From the NCBI GenBank assembly GCA_016278615.1, contig JADQBM010000006.1:36206-100205 (forward strand): a stretch of 64,000 nt of DNA, written 5' to 3'. This document shows positions 57,011 through 64,000 of this stretch, in pieces. The translations under genes were made by a program, and so were the position numbers. Position 1 is the stretch's first letter. Each line of letters begins with the position of its first letter. This stretch comes from Clostridia bacterium. Its GTDB lineage: Bacteria > Bacillota > Clostridia > Peptostreptococcales > JAAYPU01. The notes under the pieces are model-generated. The model did not search any database. It was not told the DNA's origin and saw only the letters and a program-made list of their open reading frames with translations.

Positions 57011-57710
57011 CGTTAGCAATGTACACGCGGGTTATGGAGATTTGAAAGTGCTTTTTGATGTTTCCATAGACTTACAAGATGGTGAAGTCGTAAGTTTAGT
57101 AGGCTCAAATGGTGCTGGTAAAACAACACTATTAAGAGCTATTTCCGGATTAATTCCTGTAACTTCAGGCGAAATCACTTGGTACGATAAAAGCATGACA
57201 AAAATGCCTGCTTATAAAATACCTGAATTAGGTATCGCACATATCCCCCAAGGCAGAGGCATTTTGTCAACTTTGTCTATTAGAGATAATCTATTATTGG
57301 GAGGTTATATTAAAAGTGCTAGAGCGATGCGCGAAGAAAGAATGGAATATGTACTAGGGTTATTCCCAATACTTAGGAAAAGAATAAATCTATTGGCTGG
57401 CACTTTAAGTGGTGGACAGCAGCAAATGCTAGCAATAGCAAGAGCATTAATGATGAATCCTAAACTGCTTATATTAGATGAACCTTCATTAGGGCTAGCA
57501 CCGATTATTGTAGATGAAGTCTTTAATATCATAAAACGCGTTAGTAAAGAAGAGGGTGTATCCATACTTTTAATAGAGCAAAATCTGTTACAAGCATTAT
57601 CCGCTTCAGATAGAGGGTATGTACTTGAGACAGGGCAAATAGTAATGTCTGGCTCCAGTGATGAATTGTTCGCAAATAAAGATATTAAAAAAGCATATTT
57701 GGGAATATAA
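57003..57710 (+). CDS. LivF-type ABC ATPase
   Basis: Walker A GSNGAGKTT, signature LSGGQQQ, Walker B LILDEP. Confidence 0.9.
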   Translation: MLNVSNVHAGYGDLKVLFDVSIDLQDGEVVSLVGSNGAGKTTLLRAISGLIPVTSGEITWYDKSMTKMPAYKIPELGIAHIPQGRGILSTLSIRDNLLLGGYIKSARAMREERMEYVLGLFPILRKRINLLAGTLSGGQQQMLAIARALMMNPKLLILDEPSLGLAPIIVDEVFNIIKRVSKEEGVSILLIEQNLLQALSASDRGYVLETGQIVMSGSSDELFANKDIKKAYLGI

Positions 57711-57760
57711 GCTAAAAAGGGAAGGAAGGAACCTGCATATATATTATGTAGAAAAATAAA

Positions 57761-58798
57761 ATGAAAGCATTAGTAAAATACGCAACAGGACCAGGCAATA
57801 TGGAAATTCGAGAAATTCCAGAACCCATTCCGGGTCCAGGTCAAATAAAAATAGAAGTGAAAGCAGCAGCGATATGTGGTTCGGATTTGCATATATTTCA
57901 TGATGCCATTGGGATACCACAAAATCCGCCCTTTGTTCTTGGACATGAATTTTGTGGTGTTATCGCAGAAATTGGGGAAGGTGTTATAGGTTGGAAAAAG
58001 GGCGACCGTGTTACTTCTCAAACGGCAGTCAGTTTTTGTGGTAAGTGTGTGAATTGTAATACAGGTAGATATAATTTGTGTGATGAACGTAAGACACTTG
58101 GTTTTTGGTATAATGGTGCATTTGCCAAATACACCATAGTACCGGATGCAAGAGTGCATCTGCTTCCTGATAACGTGAGTTTTAATGCTGGCGCTGTAAC
58201 AGAACCAACAGCAAGCGTGGTGCATCCGGTATTAGAACTAACTGTAATCACTGCCGGGGATGTTGTTTTAGTAAATGGTCCTGGAGGAATTGGATTAATC
58301 GCCCTTCAAGTAGCCAAGGCACAAGGTGCAATCGTAATCGTAACCGGAACAACAGTAGACCAAGAGCGTCTTGAAAAAGCAAAAGAACTAGGGGCTGACT
58401 ATGTTGTAAATGTACAAGAGATAGATTTAGACACATTTATTAAATCCATTACCAATGGGTTAGGTGTAGATGTTGTCTTAGAATGTACAGGAGTTGAGGC
58501 TGCTGCAAATAGTGCACTGAAGGTAATCAAAAAGCAAGGAAAGTATACTCAAATCGGTCTATTTGGGAAACCTATTACTTTAGATTTTGAAATAATATGT
58601 TACAAAGAGCTCATGGTTACTGGTTCACTTGGCTCCACATGGACTTCTTGGCATAGAGCACTGAAATTAATGAAAATAGGCAAAGTAAACAACGAGCTCA
58701 TCGTATCACATAGTTTTCCTATCACAGAATGGGAAAAGGCATTTAAAATGTTCGAAAATAAAGAAGGACTTAAGATCGTTTTGACACCTGCGGAGTAA
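57761..58798 (+). CDS. zinc-dependent polyol/alcohol dehydrogenase (MDR family)
   Basis: CGSDLHIF, GHEFCG, structural-zinc CGKCVNCNTGRYNLC, GPGGIGL. Confidence 0.85.
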   Translation: MKALVKYATGPGNMEIREIPEPIPGPGQIKIEVKAAAICGSDLHIFHDAIGIPQNPPFVLGHEFCGVIAEIGEGVIGWKKGDRVTSQTAVSFCGKCVNCNTGRYNLCDERKTLGFWYNGAFAKYTIVPDARVHLLPDNVSFNAGAVTEPTASVVHPVLELTVITAGDVVLVNGPGGIGLIALQVAKAQGAIVIVTGTTVDQERLEKAKELGADYVVNVQEIDLDTFIKSITNGLGVDVVLECTGVEAAANSALKVIKKQGKYTQIGLFGKPITLDFEIICYKELMVTGSLGSTWTSWHRALKLMKIGKVNNELIVSHSFPITEWEKAFKMFENKEGLKIVLTPAE

Positions 58799-58852
58799 CA
58801 TATAAAACAGTAAATAAGTCTTTAAATTGTATGCTATTAAGAGTAATAATTA

Positions 58853-58872
58853 TTGTTATAACATTATAACAA
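58853..58872. promoter_or_regulatory. second copy of the candidate GntR operator
   Basis: TTGTTATAA-CA-TTATAACAA: perfect 9-bp inverted repeat, 40 nt before the transketolase-like gene. Confidence 0.6.
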
Positions 58873-58911
58873 ATAATTTGGCTAATAAAGCTAAAAGAAA
58901 GAGAGGACACT

Positions 58912-60954
58912 ATGAAAAATAATAATAACTATTCAAATTCATTACACAAGCTATTAGAGGTTAAAGATTCCTGTATTAGGTTGTCACTTATAGATCAAGC
59001 CTATACAGCAATTGACAAAGGTATTCATATGGGTGGATGTATGTCGTCAGTAGTGCCAATGAACGCACTTTATTACGGTGGTTTTATAGATTATAACGTT
59101 GAATACCCTACACAAATTGAACAAGATAGATTCGTATTAAGTAAAGGTCATAATATTGCTTTAATGGCATCAATATTTGCAGATCTAGGCTATTTCAGTA
59201 CCGATCATCTTGTAGGTTCCCGTGCTCTTAAAAGTATTGTAAATGGTCATCCAGGTCCAATTTTACCAGGATTCCATGTATCTACAGGGCCATTGGGACA
59301 AGGTGTATCTGCAGCTACAGGTTATGCCGTAGCAGGAAAAGGTTCTGTAGCTTTTGATGTATATTGCCTAGCTGGTGATGGAGAACTTCAAGAAGGCATT
59401 TTTTGGGAACCTATTATGTATGCAGGTGCTGAGAATTTAGATAATCTATGCTTAATTATTGATGCAAATAATGGACAACTTGACAATGTGGAACAACTAA
59501 TATTCCCATCAGGTCCTCTAAAACAACGTTTTGAATCTTTTGGCTGGAATGGAATAGATGTTGATGGTAAAGAGTATGCAAATGTTGTTAATGCAATTAG
59601 TGAATTTAAGAATGGTGATCGCTCTGGAAGGCCGACAGTTATCATTTGCCATACTACAAAAGGGTACGGTGGCTTTTCAAATAAAATGAATAAGCATAAA
59701 GCAACAATGGATGAAAGCTTGTACACTACTGAAAAAACGCTACAAACCAGTAGATTGAAGTCTAGAGAAGCCTCTTTTGCAGCAGCTTATAGGACTATAA
59801 ATGAAAATGAAAAAATTGAATTAAACAAAATAGCTACAAATATGAATTTCAAGATTTCAAAAGACGGTACAATAGAATATATTAAGCCTTTTGTAAAAAC
59901 AAAAATAGCACCCATACTCGATAAAAGTATAAAATATGACGCAACTCAATTACCACAGTTGCAAATGGGAAAAGATTATGCCGCACATGAAGTCATCGCT
60001 CAATGCATGAAAGTTTTTGCTGCTGATGAAAGAGTCGTGTCTATTGATTGTGATTTATCATCAGCCAGTGGATTGCAAAATGGTATTGGAAGTGTGGATA
60101 AAAGCCGCGCCCTTAATGTAGGTATCGCTGAAGCCAATATGATGTCCATGGCTGAAGCTTTTGCATCGTTAGGATATAATGCATGGAACTCTACATTCTG
60201 CCCATTTTTTGACTGGAAAGTATTACGAAGAACTGCCGTAGGCTACCAAGAGAGGAAAGAATCTATTGAATCGGGGCTTTGGTTATCCAAAGGCCATAAT
60301 CTAGATATTACTTACCTTGCTTCAGCGGCTAATTTTGATACACAAGTCAATGGCGCAACGCATATGGGTAATGATGATATTATGGTTTTCTCAGAAATAG
60401 CCCATCTTAAAATAATTGATACTTCATGCCCTAATCAATTAATAAGTATTATGAAGTGGATAATGGAAGGTGAAAAGGGACTTGTTTACCTTCGTATCAT
60501 GAGGGCTGCTGCCCCTGTAATTTACACCAGCGATTACAAGTTTGAATATGGTAAAGCCTATCAAATAAAAGAACTCGAAAACCCTGATATGTATTTTGTA
60601 GCTTCTGGCAGACAAATACACAATTGCCTTGAAGCCTCCAATAAGCTTGAAGAAATGGGTATTCGCGTTGGCGTTATAGATATGCCATCTTTCGATGAAG
60701 AGATGATGCTATCACTTTGTGATTCAAAAAAACCAGTCATTATTACAGAACAAAATAATGGATATATCTATAAGAAATGTGGAGAAGTGCTTCTTAAAAA
60801 TGGCGTATCTTCAAAATCTAAAATAATTTCAGTCAATGCATTAGACACTAAGCAAGAGAAACAGTTTATTCATTCAGGTAAACTTAATGAATTACAAGAA
60901 GAGTTTAACCTTTCAGCGAATAAATTATTGGAGCTTGTGAAAGAATTAAAGTAG
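58912..60954 (+). CDS. transketolase-family TPP enzyme, N- and C-terminal subunit types fused with a long linker
   Basis: GPLGQGVSAATGYA, GDGELQEG TPP motif, C-terminal pyrimidine-binding/Tkt-C-like part; lacks the canonical Tkt THDSIGLGEDGPTHQ stretch. Confidence 0.75.
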   Translation: MKNNNNYSNSLHKLLEVKDSCIRLSLIDQAYTAIDKGIHMGGCMSSVVPMNALYYGGFIDYNVEYPTQIEQDRFVLSKGHNIALMASIFADLGYFSTDHLVGSRALKSIVNGHPGPILPGFHVSTGPLGQGVSAATGYAVAGKGSVAFDVYCLAGDGELQEGIFWEPIMYAGAENLDNLCLIIDANNGQLDNVEQLIFPSGPLKQRFESFGWNGIDVDGKEYANVVNAISEFKNGDRSGRPTVIICHTTKGYGGFSNKMNKHKATMDESLYTTEKTLQTSRLKSREASFAAAYRTINENEKIELNKIATNMNFKISKDGTIEYIKPFVKTKIAPILDKSIKYDATQLPQLQMGKDYAAHEVIAQCMKVFAADERVVSIDCDLSSASGLQNGIGSVDKSRALNVGIAEANMMSMAEAFASLGYNAWNSTFCPFFDWKVLRRTAVGYQERKESIESGLWLSKGHNLDITYLASAANFDTQVNGATHMGNDDIMVFSEIAHLKIIDTSCPNQLISIMKWIMEGEKGLVYLRIMRAAAPVIYTSDYKFEYGKAYQIKELENPDMYFVASGRQIHNCLEASNKLEEMGIRVGVIDMPSFDEEMMLSLCDSKKPVIITEQNNGYIYKKCGEVLLKNGVSSKSKIISVNALDTKQEKQFIHSGKLNELQEEFNLSANKLLELVKELK

Positions 60955-61005
60955 GAATTAATACAACTAACAATAAAAGACTTTGTTATACCTAATTGAA
61001 AAAAA

Positions 61006-61074
61006 CACTTGGATATAGAATTGTAAAGACGAGCTCCCCTCACTTATAAAATAAATATATCCAAGTGATTTTTT
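61006..61074 (+). terminator. terminator-like 12-bp IR with 38-nt loop
   Basis: CACTTGGATATA / TATATCCAAGTG followed by ATTTTTT. Confidence 0.55.
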
Positions 61075-61199
61075 ATTTCTCAGTATTAAAAGCAAAACAA
61101 TGCAATAATCCTCATAGCTATTGACATATCTACACCTATTTATTATAATTTCTTTAGTCTATACATATAATAAGACAATGAAAAAGAAAAGTATAATAT

Positions 61200-61570
61200 A
61201 ACTTGTTCTCAAGAGAGAAAGATGTATGGTGAAAGTCTTTTGCTCAGGTATATTAGAAGCAGCTTTTGAGTCTTTTTCCTGAAAAAGCAGTAGAAATCTA
61301 CAAATACAAGATTTGGTCGGCTAAGTAATCTAAATCAAAGATTTAGACTACGCGACATCTGACCTACGACACAATCAAAGATTGTTGTTAGGTCATTATG
61401 ATTTCATTGCATAAGTTCGCCATCAATTCATTATCATGAACTGGGCGAGCTAATATTAGGGAAAAACGGTTTCCGCCGTTATTGGATTAAGTGATCATCA
61501 TTTTTGATGGTAAGTAGGGTGGTACCGCGATACACTCGTCCCTATATTCCTTTAGAGGCGGGTTTTTTTA
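61200..61570 (+). promoter_or_regulatory. T-box riboswitch leader of alaS
   Basis: AGAGAG/GGTGAAAG stem I elements (61210-61245), T-box core GGGTGGTACCGCG at 61517-61529, terminator-like CTCGTCCCT..AGAGGCGGG plus T7 (61535-61569); GAAGCAG context offers a GCA (Ala) specifier. Confidence 0.85.
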
Positions 61571-61594
61571 TATAAAAATTTGGAGGTGTATGTT

Positions 61595-64000
61595 TTGAAT
61601 AAACTTGGTTTAAATGAAATAAGACAAAAATTTCTTGATTTTTTTGCAAGTAAAGATCATTATGTTCGTCATAGTTACTCATTGATTCCTGAGAAAGATA
61701 AGAGTTTACTATTAATTAATGCTGGCATGGCGCCATTAAAACCCTATTTCATGGGTATTGAAACGCCTCCTAACAAAAGAATGACGACTTGCCAAAAATG
61801 TATCCGAACAGGTGACATAGATAATGTAGGGCACACTGCACGACATGGTACTTTTTTTGAAATGTTAGGGAATTTTTCTTTTGGTGATTATTTTAAAAAA
61901 GAATCTATTAGCTGGGGATGGGAATTTGTAACAGAGCACCTCAATATGCCAGTGGATAAATTATGGATCACAATATATGAGGAAGACGAAGAAGCTTACG
62001 ATATTTGGAAAGATCATATTGGCATAGCAGAAAATAGAATTGTTCGTTTAGGAAAAGCCGATAACTTTTGGGAAATTGGCGTTGGCCCTTGTGGCCCATG
62101 CTCTGAAATATATTTTGACAGAGGAGAAAAATATGGCTGCAACAACAATGAATGTAAACCTGGCTGTGATTGTGACCGATATGTAGAATTTTGGAATCAC
62201 GTTTTTACTCAATATAATAAAAATGAAGCAGGTGAATACACACCACTTCCCAGTCCTAATATTGATACTGGAATGGGCCTGGAAAGAATGGCATGTATTC
62301 TTCAAGAGGTTGAGTCCATTTTTGAAGTGGATACCATTTCTTACATATTGAATCGAATTGCTTCAGAAGCTAATGTTACATATACTTCCAGTAATTCGTC
62401 TCAAGATGTATCCATAAGAGTCATAACGGATCATATTCGTTCTGTCACTTTTCTTGTTTGCGATGGAATTCTTCCAAGTAATGAAGGGCGTGGCTATGTA
62501 CTTAGAAGACTTCTTAGAAGGGCTGCAAGACACGGTAAGTTAATAGGCATCAAGGGTTCTTTTTTAGCTGAATTGTCTAAAAATGTAATTGAAGCTTCAA
62601 AAGATGCTTATCCTGAATTAGAGAATAGAAAAGACTATATTGAAAAAATCATTTCAATTGAAGAGGAAAGATTTCAAGAAACCTTAGAGCAAGGAAACAC
62701 TATATTAAATGAATACATGGAAGAACTCAATAAATCCTCAAAAAAAATTCTTTCTGGTGAAAAAGCATTTAAACTTTATGATACCTTTGGATTTCCTCTT
62801 GAATTAACTGAAGAGATTTTAAAAGAAAATAATTATACGGTAAATATTGAAGATTTTAATCTTTATATGGAAAACCAAAAGAATATGTCAAGATCTGCAA
62901 GAAAATCCGAAACAGGGGACGGATGGGAAGAAGGTATCAACATTGACTTTGATAATCTAAACAAAACAATATTTACTGGATATCAGCAGTTAACAGACGA
63001 AGCTCAGATTCTTCTCATTATAGAAGATAATTGTGAGATTGATACAGCAAAAGAAGGGCAGAGAGTAAAGATTGTCTTAGACAAAACACCCTTTTATGCT
63101 GAAAGCGGTGGACAAATTGGCGATAAAGGAAGCTTATCTAATGACCAGTGTGAGGTTGAAGTTTACTCCTGCGATAAATCCAAAGATATTTATTTCCATA
63201 ATTGCATCATCAAAAAAGGAAGCCTTAAAAAGGACCATAAGGTTAGTGCAGAAGTCGATAAAATATTGAGAAACGCTACATCTAGAAACCATACTGCAAC
63301 CCATATCCTACACAAAGTATTAAAAAATGTTTTAGGTCAACATGTTGAGCAAGCAGGGTCCTTGGTAACGGATGAACGCATGAGATTCGACTTTACGCAC
63401 TTTGAGAACATTTCTAAAGACGACCTTAGAAACATTGAAGAAAAAGTTAATGCTATTATTTCGGAAAGTTACAATGTAATAGTGGAAGAAACTGATCTAA
63501 AAAAGGCCATGGAAAAAGGTGTTACAGCATTGTTTGGAGAAAAATATGGGAGTAAAGTTAGAATTGTAGAAATTGATTCCTTTAGTATGGAACTTTGTGG
63601 GGGTACTCATGTAAAGGATTCTGGGCAAATTGGCGTCTTTAAAATACTAAGTGAAAATGGCGTGGCTGCCGGTGTAAGACGCATCGAGGCAATAACTGGC
63701 CAGAATGTATACCGTTATCTACTACAAACAGATGACTTAATAAACAATATCAACCTTGTGTTGAAGTCCAATGCCAATAATGTGATTAACAAGCTGGAAA
63801 ACCTTAATGATGAGTACAAGAATTGCAAAAAGGAACTTGAAGAATTGAAAAAGAAAGATATGATTGATTCTTTAGATGATATCATAAGTGATCCAACGAA
63901 TATTAATGGAATCAACTTAATAAAACATAAGTTTTACAACACTGAAATAAAAGATTTGAGAAATATCACAGATAATATTAAATCAAAATCCAACAAAACT
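61595..64000 (+). CDS. alaS: alanyl-tRNA synthetase (3' end beyond window)
   Basis: TTG start 6 nt after GGAGGTG; LNKLGLNEIRQKFLDFFASKDHY..., WEIGVGPCGPCSEIYF; frame open through base 64000. Absent from the ORF track, probably because there is no stop in the window. Confidence 0.95.
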   Translation, partial: MNKLGLNEIRQKFLDFFASKDHYVRHSYSLIPEKDKSLLLINAGMAPLKPYFMGIETPPNKRMTTCQKCIRTGDIDNVGHTARHGTFFEMLGNFSFGDYFKKESISWGWEFVTEHLNMPVDKLWITIYEEDEEAYDIWKDHIGIAENRIVRLGKADNFWEIGVGPCGPCSEIYFDRGEKYGCNNNECKPGCDCDRYVEFWNHVFTQYNKNEAGEYTPLPSPNIDTGMGLERMACILQEVESIFEVDTISYILNRIASEANVTYTSSNSSQDVSIRVITDHIRSVTFLVCDGILPSNEGRGYVLRRLLRRAARHGKLIGIKGSFLAELSKNVIEASKDAYPELENRKDYIEKIISIEEERFQETLEQGNTILNEYMEELNKSSKKILSGEKAFKLYDTFGFPLELTEEILKENNYTVNIEDFNLYMENQKNMSRSARKSETGDGWEEGINIDFDNLNKTIFTGYQQLTDEAQILLIIEDNCEIDTAKEGQRVKIVLDKTPFYAESGGQIGDKGSLSNDQCEVEVYSCDKSKDIYFHNCIIKKGSLKKDHKVSAEVDKILRNATSRNHTATHILHKVLKNVLGQHVEQAGSLVTDERMRFDFTHFENISKDDLRNIEEKVNAIISESYNVIVEETDLKKAMEKGVTALFGEKYGSKVRIVEIDSFSMELCGGTHVKDSGQIGVFKILSENGVAAGVRRIEAITGQNVYRYLLQTDDLINNINLVLKSNANNVINKLENLNDEYKNCKKELEELKKKDMIDSLDDIISDPTNINGINLIKHKFYNTEIKDLRNITDNIKSKSNKT

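Overview
AT-rich chromosomal segment of an endospore-forming Firmicute (Clostridia-like). Nearly all genes are on the + strand. Backbone order: polA-coaE; tRNA-Leu(GAG); an M23 peptidase in the spoIVFA position plus spoIVFB; a radical-SAM/DUF2344 pair; rplU-rpmA-obg; a sigma-54/AcoR-type acetoin dehydrogenase operon extended by DUF296, SDR, Tdh-like, TRAP and AEC transporter genes; comEA; spoIVB-spo0A; iscR-iscS-iscU-mnmA; a GntR-controlled catabolic island (SDR, cupin, Liv-type ABC, Zn-ADH, fused transketolase); and a T-box leader with alaS, cut at the 3' window edge. Three things stand out. (1) 29.3-38.9 kb holds a translationally coupled nine-gene lipid-type biosynthetic operon of unknown product. 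Its core resembles bacterial sphingolipid loci (alpha-oxoamine synthase, dedicated ACP, epimerase-family reductase, DAGK-family kinase). It also carries a UbiA prenyltransferase, an OYE/Fe-S reductase, a PurM-like enzyme, a KAS and a radical SAM enzyme. (2) An apparently undescribed intergenic repeat family occurs at 7 loci (10 arms). Each arm is a tract of AGATAAN heptamers, then AGTTRAGG, then a GATTTTG/CAAAATC hairpin. Arms sit right at or over CDS 3' ends, sometimes as inverted pairs, and one pair carries a GC-richer hairpin-rich cargo. (3) 39.7-41.5 kb is a mosaic of three ~100-nt modules that can fold into a ~230-nt structure. It brackets a higBA cassette and lies beside tRNA-Leu(CAA), which has a duplicated tRNA 3' fragment and terminator. 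No transposase, integrase, CRISPR array or rRNA is visible. All calls rest on reading the translations and sequence by eye; no database search was run.
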